Assembly (NCBI GenBank): GCA_016215405.1
Contig: JACRJQ010000002.1
Coordinates: 59,597 to 123,596, forward strand
DNA: 64,000 bases
Reading direction: 5' to 3'
DNA from: Candidatus Tayloriibacteriota bacterium
Lineage (GTDB): Bacteria; Patescibacteriota; Minisyncoccia; Phycocordibacterales; UBA6065
Shown here: positions 46,865-54,727 of the stretch, in pieces
How the letters are laid out: the number at the start of each line of letters is the position of its first letter
How positions within the stretch are numbered: position 1 is the first letter of the stretch
Made by a program: the position numbers and the translations under genes
The notes under the pieces: model-generated
What the model was told of the DNA's origin: nothing
Databases searched by the model: none
Seen by the model: the letters and a program-made list of their open reading frames with translations, nothing else

Positions 46865-48385
46865 TTACTCCTCCTTTTTGAGCTCGCGCTCGCGGAGCTT
46901 TGCGGCTCTGTCGAACACCTCGAGATACCTCACCGCCGATTTCTCCCAAGAGAAGTCCTCCGACATCCCTCTCTTTATGAGCTTGTTCCATTCCTTTTTA
47001 TTCCTGAAATTCTCGAAGGCGCGGATAAGGGCGATCATGACCGACGAAGAATCGAACTTGTCGAACACGAATCCGGTGCCCGCGCCTTTGTCTGGATCGT
47101 AGTCTTTGACGCTGTCGGCGAGGCCTCCGGTCCTCCTCACGACAGGGACCGCGCCCATCCTCATGGCTTCCATCTGGACGAGCCCGCACGGTTCGAACTG
47201 AGAAGGCACCAGAGCGACGTCCGCTCCGGCGAATACGACATGCGGCAAGACTGCGTCGAACGAGAGGTGCGCGGCGACGCGGCCTGGGTATTTGGTCTCC
47301 AATCCGTGGAAGAAGCCCATAAGGTCAGCGTCTCCGGAACCTACGACGACGAGCTGCATCGGAAGCTCTTGCATGAGGATATCCGCGATCGGATAGAGGA
47401 GCTCGAACCCTTTCTGCTTTGAAAGCCTGGAAACGATCCCTACGACGAACGCGTTCCTGTTACGCTCAAGCCCGAAGCGCTCCTGGAGCACCGTCTTGTT
47501 CCTGGCCCTATCGCCAAGACTCTCCTTGTCGTACTTGTACGAGATGTAAGGGTCTTTCTTCGGATCCCACATCGAGTAATCGATGCCGTTTAGGATACCG
47601 ACGAGCGCGTTACGCCTCTCGCGCAAAAGGCCGTCCAGGAGCTCGCCGTAATCTGCGGTGAGGATCTCCTTCGCATAGTTCGGCGATACCGTCGTCACCA
47701 TATCGGCGTGCATGATACCGCGGCGCATGCAGTTTATCTTGGTGAGGCGAGGATTCTCGAACGCGGGCACGGGAGAATGTCCGTCGTCATAATCCATCTC
47801 TTGGACGAAGCGATGGTCGAACATCCCCTGATAGTAGAGGTTGTGGATCGCGAAGACCGTCGCGATACCATTCACCTGAGGATTCTTCTTGTACTCGATC
47901 CGAAGGTAGTTAAGGACGAGGGCCGCCTGCCAATCGCACGCAACGATGACGTCCGGCTTCCATTCCTTGTGAGCCCGTATGAACTCGATCACGCCGCGGG
48001 CGAGGAGCGCCCAGCGGATAGCGTCGTCGGCGTATCCGTACACGTTCGACCTCTTCTCGTAATATTCCTGGTTCTCGAGGAAATAGGTCGTGACCGGATC
48101 GCCTGCTTTCTTAGGAGTGAATCTCTTCACGTTGCAGACGAGATGGGTCTCGCCCGACTCGTTCCCCGTAGGCACGCTCACGCCCTTCTGAACGAGGTCG
48201 AGCTTCCATTTCTCCTCTATGGAGAGGTATTTTGGTATCATCACCCTGGCGTCGCATCCCTTCTCCCGAAGCGCTCGAGACAGGGAATCCATGACCGAAC
48301 CCAAGCCTCCCACCCTGGCGAACGGAGCCGCCTCCGCGCCGACGAACAACACCCGCGAACCGCCGTTGAATTTAAAAAGCTTCAT
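46865..48385 (-). CDS. glgA: glycogen synthase (ADP-glucose type, GT5)
   Basis: RVLFVGAEAAPFARVGGLGSV. Confidence 0.85.
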   Translation of the reverse strand: MKLFKFNGGSRVLFVGAEAAPFARVGGLGSVMDSLSRALREKGCDARVMIPKYLSIEEKWKLDLVQKGVSVPTGNESGETHLVCNVKRFTPKKAGDPVTTYFLENQEYYEKRSNVYGYADDAIRWALLARGVIEFIRAHKEWKPDVIVACDWQAALVLNYLRIEYKKNPQVNGIATVFAIHNLYYQGMFDHRFVQEMDYDDGHSPVPAFENPRLTKINCMRRGIMHADMVTTVSPNYAKEILTADYGELLDGLLRERRNALVGILNGIDYSMWDPKKDPYISYKYDKESLGDRARNKTVLQERFGLERNRNAFVVGIVSRLSKQKGFELLYPIADILMQELPMQLVVVGSGDADLMGFFHGLETKYPGRVAAHLSFDAVLPHVVFAGADVALVPSQFEPCGLVQMEAMRMGAVPVVRRTGGLADSVKDYDPDKGAGTGFVFDKFDSSSVMIALIRAFENFRNKKEWNKLIKRGMSEDFSWEKSAVRYLEVFDRAAKLRERELKKEE

Positions 48386-48430
48386 GAGTTCCTATTATAC
48401 AACACCCTACTCAGGGAGCCTGGAAAAGGG

Positions 48431-50740
48431 CTATGGCCTATAGAGCCTCTTTCTGTATCCGTCGAGCATTGTAGCCGCAGTATAGCCGTTTTCTACGACT
48501 TTGATGCTTTTGCGCATCATACGGACCCACTTTTCAGGGATGCCTTCTACCTTCCTCTCGTAATACGCGGGAAGGGCCTCGTTTTCGAGCGAATCGTAGA
48601 TGGACCGCGAGACATCGTCGTTAGAGAGGGTCCATCCAAAGCCCTTCCAATCGACCTCCCCCACCCAGCCATCGGGAACGCTCATCTGCAGAGCGCCGTT
48701 AAGCCCGGCTTTCATGCCGCTCGTACCGCACGCCTCGACTCCGAGGAGGGGGGTGTTGAGCCATATGTCGGCGCCTTGAACGAGCTTCTTCGAGAGCTCG
48801 ACCGAATAGCCGGGGATATACGCGACCTTGCCTTTAAAAGCCGGATCAGAGGCGATCGCCCGCACCTTTTCCTCGATCGCCTTGCTCTCCGGGGACTCCG
48901 CGTAGACCTTTCCCGAGATGACGATCTGAAGAGGGCGGAGAGGGTCGTTAAGGAGCTTCAAGAGCCTTTGCGGGTCGTCGAAGAGCGCGAAGGGCCTCTT
49001 GTAAGGGACGAATCTCCTCGCCCAGACCAAGGTGCAAGCCTTCGGATCGAGAGAGGCCCCCGCCTTCGCGGCCTCGGCGACAAGTTCCTTCCTCAAAGAA
49101 GACTTCGCCGTCCACACGTCGACATCCGAGAGGTCCTTTGCGCGGAAACCAGGCGCCTGCCATCGACCCTGATGCACTCCGTTCGTTATGGGCATGAGCC
49201 TGCTCGAAGGGAATTTCTCCTTCTCGAACCTCGCGTGGAGCGCCGAGACGGCGCTCGCCTTGCCAGAGAGAGAAAGGAGGAACTTTGTCGCCGTGAACAT
49301 GCTCTGATCGGCGTCGTAGGCTCCAAGGAACATGAGAAGGTCCTTGCCTATGCCGAACTCCTGGCAGTATCCTCCCACGTACCGCCAGATGTCCTCTATC
49401 GAAGCGAGGGCTCCAGCGGGCAGGATCGTGTGCTTAGTCGCGACCACCCTATTGCGAACCGCCTCGAGAGCGGCGGCCTTCGATCCTTTCCCGGCCGGCG
49501 TACCCTCCGCGAGGAGCGCCAGAGCGGCGAACGCCATATTGCCTTCGTTTATATGATACGTCTTCGGCTCGATGCCGAGGGCCTTAAGGAGCCTATATCC
49601 GCCGATCCCTATGAGGATCTGCTGCCGCAAGCGCCTGTCGAAGTCCCTGTCATAGAGGTTACCGCGCGCCCGGTCCCTCGGGTCGTTCTCTTCTACGTCT
49701 GGATCGACGAGGTACAAGAGAGCGGAACCGAACCTCTTCTCCCACGCGCGCACAGAGACCTTCCTTCCCTCTATAGGGACCTCTACCGAAGCAGGCGAAC
49801 CTGAAGCAAGGGACGCCGCCTTAAAGCCGAGAGTCGACGGGTCCATCCCGTCATACGCCATTCCCAAAGCGACGAAGGAGGCGCCTTCTTCTCCTGCCTC
49901 GAAGAGAAGGTCGGCGGCCAAGACTCCGAGGCCCCCCGCATACATGCGGCCGTCGCCCCCGAGAGCGTATTCCGCGCAGAAGTAAGCGACCTCGAACTCT
50001 CGCTTGCTCCCTGAAGCGCCTTTTATGAGCCCCTCGATTATCTTTTCCGTGGCTTTTGGCCCGGAAGTCGAAACCGTCGCGACGCCTGTAGTCTTTACGC
50101 ACTCGTCATTTCCGCCGCCGTCGAGGGCATCGCCGACGAATACGGCGTCCGAAGGAGATATTTTCAAATATTCCAAGAGCTTGTTGACTCCGTAGGCCTT
50201 GTCGATTCCTTCTTCGGTGAAATCGATCGATGTCGATCCGCCTATCGACATAGAGACCCCGGGGAGGAGGGTCTTTAGATGGTCGACGAGAGCCCTCCTC
50301 TTCTCGCGGGTCGGGTCGAACGCGTACTTCTCTTCGAGCGGCGCGTCCTTGCCCAAAGCGGCATAGGTCATGAGGGTGCCCCTATCTTCGATATGCCTGC
50401 CAAGGTCTAGAGGCGACGCGCCGATCGCTTTCGCGAGCCTTTCAAGGATAGCGCGCCTCTTCTCGTCGCCAAGCTTTCGGGAATATACCCTCCTCCAGGC
50501 GCCGTCCTCGTAGACCCTGAGCTCCGCGCCTCCCGTAGGCAGGCAATACAGATTGCCCTTCTTCGAATGCGAGAGGCTCGAGACGACCTGATGATCGAAA
50601 CCCTCCATGGACTCGCCGGAGACGATCGCTACAGGCATCAGGTCGACGAGCTCGGACAAAAGAGCCGCCGCTCTCGGGGATATGCGGGAGCGGCTCTCAG
50701 TGAGCGTATTGTCTATATCGAATATGGCTATCTTTGGCAT
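48431..50740 (-). CDS. HAD-IIB phosphatase domain fused to alpha-glucan phosphorylase (GT35)
   Basis: N-terminal ~230 aa with HAD motif I IFDIDNTLT and motif IV GDALDGGGND, then EYALGGDGRMYAGGLGVLAAD and a phosphorylase core. Confidence 0.78.
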   Translation of the reverse strand: MPKIAIFDIDNTLTESRSRISPRAAALLSELVDLMPVAIVSGESMEGFDHQVVSSLSHSKKGNLYCLPTGGAELRVYEDGAWRRVYSRKLGDEKRRAILERLAKAIGASPLDLGRHIEDRGTLMTYAALGKDAPLEEKYAFDPTREKRRALVDHLKTLLPGVSMSIGGSTSIDFTEEGIDKAYGVNKLLEYLKISPSDAVFVGDALDGGGNDECVKTTGVATVSTSGPKATEKIIEGLIKGASGSKREFEVAYFCAEYALGGDGRMYAGGLGVLAADLLFEAGEEGASFVALGMAYDGMDPSTLGFKAASLASGSPASVEVPIEGRKVSVRAWEKRFGSALLYLVDPDVEENDPRDRARGNLYDRDFDRRLRQQILIGIGGYRLLKALGIEPKTYHINEGNMAFAALALLAEGTPAGKGSKAAALEAVRNRVVATKHTILPAGALASIEDIWRYVGGYCQEFGIGKDLLMFLGAYDADQSMFTATKFLLSLSGKASAVSALHARFEKEKFPSSRLMPITNGVHQGRWQAPGFRAKDLSDVDVWTAKSSLRKELVAEAAKAGASLDPKACTLVWARRFVPYKRPFALFDDPQRLLKLLNDPLRPLQIVISGKVYAESPESKAIEEKVRAIASDPAFKGKVAYIPGYSVELSKKLVQGADIWLNTPLLGVEACGTSGMKAGLNGALQMSVPDGWVGEVDWKGFGWTLSNDDVSRSIYDSLENEALPAYYERKVEGIPEKWVRMMRKSIKVVENGYTAATMLDGYRKRLYRP

Positions 50741-50749
50741 GGATGCTCG

Positions 50750-51100
50750 TTACCCCTCGTGCCCGAAAAGACCGTCTATCTTCGCCGCCAGTATGAAATC
50801 GTTCTCGGAAAGGCCTCCGATCGCATGGGTCGATAGGTCGAACCGCACCTTATTATACGAGATATGGATGTCAGGATGATGGCCTTCGGCTTGAGCCAAA
50901 GACGCCACCTTCGAAACGAACCCCATCGCCTCCTCGAAATCCGCGAATCGAAAGCCGCGCGATATCGTCTTGCCGTCCTCTGCCATCCGCCACTGCGGCG
51001 TCTGGACGAGCAGGGCTGCGGCCGCCTCCCGCGCGAGAGAAGGCACGCCGCCTTCGCAGGCGACGCATTTCTTATCCTTAAGGTCGATTATCTTTCCCAT
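50750..51100 (-). CDS. pterin-4a-carbinolamine dehydratase
   Basis: 116 aa with the EGHHPD motif. Confidence 0.8.
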   Translation of the reverse strand: MGKIIDLKDKKCVACEGGVPSLAREAAAALLVQTPQWRMAEDGKTISRGFRFADFEEAMGFVSKVASLAQAEGHHPDIHISYNKVRFDLSTHAIGGLSENDFILAAKIDGLFGHEG

Positions 51101-51128
51101 AGTACTTATACGAGCGAGAGGCTCCCGT

Positions 51129-52130
51129 TCATCTCTTCTTCAAGGAGAGCGAGATCACGTGATCGAGGAATTCGGGCAACGACGAGCCGACGGCCCTTAG
51201 CGATTTAGGAAGGAGGGATTCCGGCGTGAGTCCCGGCAACGAGTTCACCTCGAGGAAGAATACACCCCTCTTCGGATGGATCATGAAGTCGGAACGGGAA
51301 TAGTGGCGCAGGCCGAGCTCTTTGTGGACCGCCTTAGCAGCCTCTTCGATCTCGCACTTGACCTTCTCGTCGAAATTGCCCGGACAGACCTCTTCGCTCT
51401 TGCCGCTGTATTTGGCTATGTAGTCGAAGAAGGGCGAGAGCTTGCGCGGGATGATCTCGATCGAAGGCAGCGCGTAATGAGCCTCGCCGCGGAACCCGTC
51501 GAGCACCCCGCAGGTGGCTTCGCGACCTTCGATGAGCTCTTCGATAATGACCGTATCCGAATGCTCGAGGGCCTTCTCGAGAGCGAATTCCAGGTCGAAG
51601 AAATTGCGCACTATATTGACCCCCAGGGACGATCCGGCGGAATTCGGCTTTACGATCGAAGGATGCGGTATCTCGCGGAATATGGCGTGAGCGCCTCTCG
51701 CAAGGATGTCTTCGCGAGAGAATGCTTTGTGCGCGGCGAGCCTCACCTTCCCCTTGAGGCCTTTGAGTGCCGTCTTCGCGTGATGCTTGTTCATGGCGAT
51801 GGCCGCAGCGAAGGCCTTCGAGCCGGTGAACGGGATCCCCAGATGCTCGAGGATCCTCTGCACCTTACCGTCTTCGCCGAATTGGCCGTGGAGCGCGACA
51901 AAAGCGACGTCGGCGTGCTTGAGGGCGTCGGCAGGCGACTTTTCGATCCCGTGCACGTGCCATATCCCCTCTTTCGATATGAATACGTCGATGCCCTGAT
52001 ATTTCTCTGGGAGGCTCTTGAGCACGGTATCGCCCGACTGGAGCGAGACCTCGTACTCCGACGAAGGGCCGCCTCGCAGAACCGCGACCCGGGTCTTGTG
52101 AGCGAATGACATGGGCCCATTATAACTCAA
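51129..52130 (-). CDS. ddl: D-alanine--D-alanine ligase
   Basis: ATP-grasp fold; RVAVLRGGPSSEYEVSLQSG. Confidence 0.9.
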   Translation of the reverse strand: MSYNGPMSFAHKTRVAVLRGGPSSEYEVSLQSGDTVLKSLPEKYQGIDVFISKEGIWHVHGIEKSPADALKHADVAFVALHGQFGEDGKVQRILEHLGIPFTGSKAFAAAIAMNKHHAKTALKGLKGKVRLAAHKAFSREDILARGAHAIFREIPHPSIVKPNSAGSSLGVNIVRNFFDLEFALEKALEHSDTVIIEELIEGREATCGVLDGFRGEAHYALPSIEIIPRKLSPFFDYIAKYSGKSEEVCPGNFDEKVKCEIEEAAKAVHKELGLRHYSRSDFMIHPKRGVFFLEVNSLPGLTPESLLPKSLRAVGSSLPEFLDHVISLSLKKR

Positions 52131-52169
52131 AAATCCGCGGCGGCGTTATCCGTATGCTAGACTTGAGCC

Positions 52170-52367
52170 ATGAGACTCAAGGCGGAATATTTCGACTGGC
52201 TCGGCCTCCTGTCGTTTCCCTTTATCCTCGGCTGCGGCGCCTATATCCTCTACGCAGGAGCGCTCTCGACCTGGGCGGCGTGGCTCCTCGTCGCGATCGG
52301 CGCGGGCGGCGTGCTCGTAGACGGCTTCATCGTCTACAGCTATTTCATAAAGAAAGGCAAAAGCTAG
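52170..52367 (+). CDS. possible small two-TM membrane protein
   Basis: 65 aa hydrophobic ORF in the ddl/uvrC divergent spacer; it overlaps the uvrC stop by 4 nt on the opposite strand. Confidence 0.3.
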   Translation: MRLKAEYFDWLGLLSFPFILGCGAYILYAGALSTWAAWLLVAIGAGGVLVDGFIVYSYFIKKGKS

Positions 52368-53617
52368 AGCCGTCCCTTTCTCCGATCCCTCATCCTTCGC
52401 AGCTTCCTGTGGTATGCGAGCGCGAACCGATGCGCCTCCGCGTTCGCGAGAAGGATCGCCTTTTTGTGCTCCGCTACGATCGCTTCGTCGCCCGCTATTC
52501 CCTTCGGCCTGTGCTTCTCGTCTTTGACCACAGCGACGACAGGGATAGCCAGCCCTCCTTCTCTGAGGACTTTCTCTGCGAGATTGCGCTGCCCCTCGCC
52601 ACCGTCTATGACCATGAGGTCGGGACGCCTCCATTCTTTATGCTTGAGGCGGCGCTCCAGTATCTCGCGAAGAGACGCCACGTCGTTATTGCCTATCTCC
52701 GGCGAGAGCTTGAATTTGCGGTACTCCCCCTTGGCGGCTTCGCCGTCGCAGACGACCGTCATGACGCCCGCAGACTCCTTGCCCGACATGTGGGCGGTAT
52801 CATACGCCTCTACGCGAAAGGCTTCGGCGCGCGGCTCTTCTTCCGTACGGCTGAAGCCGTCTACGTCCTCCTTTATGAGAGCGATATCCTGGATATGGTC
52901 GAGGGCGAAAAGCTTCCTCTTCGCCTCCGCCGCCTTCTCGAACTCGCGCTTCTTCGCGTATGAGTCCATCTCCGCTTCGAGGACCTTGCAAAGCTTCTTC
53001 TTTTTTCCTTCAAAGAAGAGGATTATGCGGTCGACGTTCTTCTTGTACTCCGCGACCGCCTCATCGGACGCAGTGTCAGGCGCGAGCCCGATCTGCCTAT
53101 AGAACGTGGCGGTGTATTTCGAAGACGAGTGCCTGTCGATATAGGGGAACATCCTCCTTATTATCTTGAGGGCTTCCCTCAGGGCCGAGCCTGACGTAAA
53201 AGGGCCAAACACCTTGCGCACCCTGAGAAGCTTCTTCTGCCTCTCTACATCGAGCGTCCTGCCGCGGATGGTAAGGATGCGAGGGAACCTCTCGCGGGTA
53301 ACGACCACATAATTCCAGCTCTTGTCGTCCTTTTCCTTCACGTTGTAGTCGGGCCAATGCCTCTTTATGAGATTGGCTTCTGCTATGAGCGCTTCGAGTA
53401 TGGAATCGGTCTCTTGCCACTCTATGGCGTCAGACTTGTAGACCATATCGACCATGCGGGGCCCTCTGGTCGATATCAGGTCCGCCGAAAAATAGCTCCG
53501 TACGCGGTCATAGAGAGACGTGGCTTTGCCTATATAGAGGATCTTCCCTTTCTCTTTCCAGAAATATACGCCTGGCGTATCGGGAAGACCGAGCTTTTCG
53601 AACTCTTGGATAGTCAC
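52364..53617 (-). CDS. uvrC: excinuclease ABC subunit C, short form (GIY-YIG + UvrBC-interaction + RNase H-like endonuclease, no HhH tail)
   Basis: GVYFWKEKGKILYIGKATSLYDRV GIY-YIG motif and a C-terminal MVIDGGEGQ endonuclease motif; 417 aa. Confidence 0.85.
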   Translation of the reverse strand: MTIQEFEKLGLPDTPGVYFWKEKGKILYIGKATSLYDRVRSYFSADLISTRGPRMVDMVYKSDAIEWQETDSILEALIAEANLIKRHWPDYNVKEKDDKSWNYVVVTRERFPRILTIRGRTLDVERQKKLLRVRKVFGPFTSGSALREALKIIRRMFPYIDRHSSSKYTATFYRQIGLAPDTASDEAVAEYKKNVDRIILFFEGKKKKLCKVLEAEMDSYAKKREFEKAAEAKRKLFALDHIQDIALIKEDVDGFSRTEEEPRAEAFRVEAYDTAHMSGKESAGVMTVVCDGEAAKGEYRKFKLSPEIGNNDVASLREILERRLKHKEWRRPDLMVIDGGEGQRNLAEKVLREGGLAIPVVAVVKDEKHRPKGIAGDEAIVAEHKKAILLANAEAHRFALAYHRKLRRMRDRRKGRL

Positions 53618-53714
53618 AGGGGATATATTGTACTTTCCCTAGCTTGGTGTAAAGTAAATCCGAAACCCGGCTCTCTCGCAGATCCGGACAACAAAAACCA
53701 AAGATCCAGCACAG

Positions 53715-54062
53715 ATGAACAACGTCACCTATCCCGGTTATGTCCTGTTGTCAGACGGCGGCAAGCTTACCTTCAAGGCAGCGAGCCACAAGATGGCGGT
53801 CGCGGCGGCGCAGAAAGTCCTCAACCTGCGCACCATGACCATGAAGGCGTTTCGCAAAGCGAAAGCCATCGCCATCTACTTCGGCATCCAGGCGCGCCAG
53901 ATCTTCCCCTTCCGCCAGCAGCGCTCGAAAGACGCGCATGCCGACCGGATGCGGAATCGCCAACGGCTGCCCGTGATCGACCACAAGGACGGCATCGACG
54001 TCGGCCGACGGCGGCATTATGTCGCGCCGCAACGCTTCACGGCGATGCTCGCGGCAGCCTAA
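53715..54062 (+). CDS. hypothetical protein (codon usage atypical for the window)
   Basis: 115 aa; uses CGC/CGG/ATC where host genes use AGG/AGA/ATA. Confidence 0.25.
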   Translation: MNNVTYPGYVLLSDGGKLTFKAASHKMAVAAAQKVLNLRTMTMKAFRKAKAIAIYFGIQARQIFPFRQQRSKDAHADRMRNRQRLPVIDHKDGIDVGRRRHYVAPQRFTAMLAAA

Positions 54063-54130
54063 CGTCAGCTCATCTCATCCTTTCGAAGCCCCAGCGTACG
54101 CTGGGGCTTTCAAATCGCCCGAAGATATGG

Positions 54131-54159
54131 CTTGATATATGATATAAAACGTGCTATAA
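54131..54159 (+). promoter_or_regulatory. consensus sigma-70 promoter TTGATA-N17-TATAAT
   Basis: cTTGATAtatgatataaaacgtgcTATAATcatg. Confidence 0.5.
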
Positions 54160-54165
54160 TCATGA

Positions 54166-54345
54166 TTGAATGAAAGTTCGACGAAGGACAGTCATAAGAC
54201 ATGCTTCGACTCTCCTTCCCCGCATCAGACCCGCGGGTAAGAAGATTCTAAGCATGCGTTCCGTGAAAAAGCCGAGAGGCCTTTCCGCGGGATCGTGAGA
54301 ACGGACGGGCCGCGCTTCGCGCGGCCCGTCCTTGCCCTTTATATT
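54166..54345 (+). ncRNA. candidate small RNA (promoter-to-terminator unit, ~175 nt)
   Basis: Starts just after the -10 at 54154-54159 and ends at a 13-bp GC hairpin (54303-54331) plus T-rich tail; an internal SacII-site stem (CCGCGG...CCGCGG) is present; it contains only a 42-codon, very basic ORF. Confidence 0.35.
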
Positions 54346-54408
54346 CTCTTTATCTGCTTCCGATAAGATAGAGACGAGCTTTCACAACCCTTAAACCCGC
54401 TCTTTAAC

Positions 54409-54669
54409 ATGGTCTATCCTGACTCTGGCATGGAATACATGGAGAGGAAGCCTCTCCTTTTGCGCACTGTCGCTTGGTTCTCGACGGGAGCCGTCCTGTT
54501 CGCAGGCGGCCTCGCTTCGCTCTGCGAGGGATGGTTCGGAAACGAAACTTCCCTCGCGTCGCTTCTCGCAGGCATCCTCACCGGCCTGGTGGGCGCATAT
54601 TACCTGAACCGCTACAGCCAGCGGAAATTCCAAGACGGAGGAGGCCGCATCAGGCGCAAGAAGCGCTGA
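54409..54669 (+). CDS. small two-TM membrane protein (hypothetical)
   Basis: 86 aa, followed by the terminator at 54690-54720. Confidence 0.4.
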   Translation: MVYPDSGMEYMERKPLLLRTVAWFSTGAVLFAGGLASLCEGWFGNETSLASLLAGILTGLVGAYYLNRYSQRKFQDGGGRIRRKKR

Positions 54670-54689
54670 CCCCGGCCCCCCCCGGATCG

Positions 54690-54720
54690 AAGCGAGCTTT
54701 CGAAAGGACGCTCGCTTTTT
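54690..54720 (+). terminator. intrinsic terminator
   Basis: AGCGAGC-TTTCGAAAGGAC-GCTCGCT followed by TTTTTT; convergent with the uvrA stop. Confidence 0.6.
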
Positions 54721-54727
54721 TATTGGC

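Noticed and set aside
47708-49804. 698-aa plus-strand ORF
   Set aside because: It is antisense to glgA and the HAD-phosphorylase gene; Arg/Leu-rich with low complexity and no motifs.
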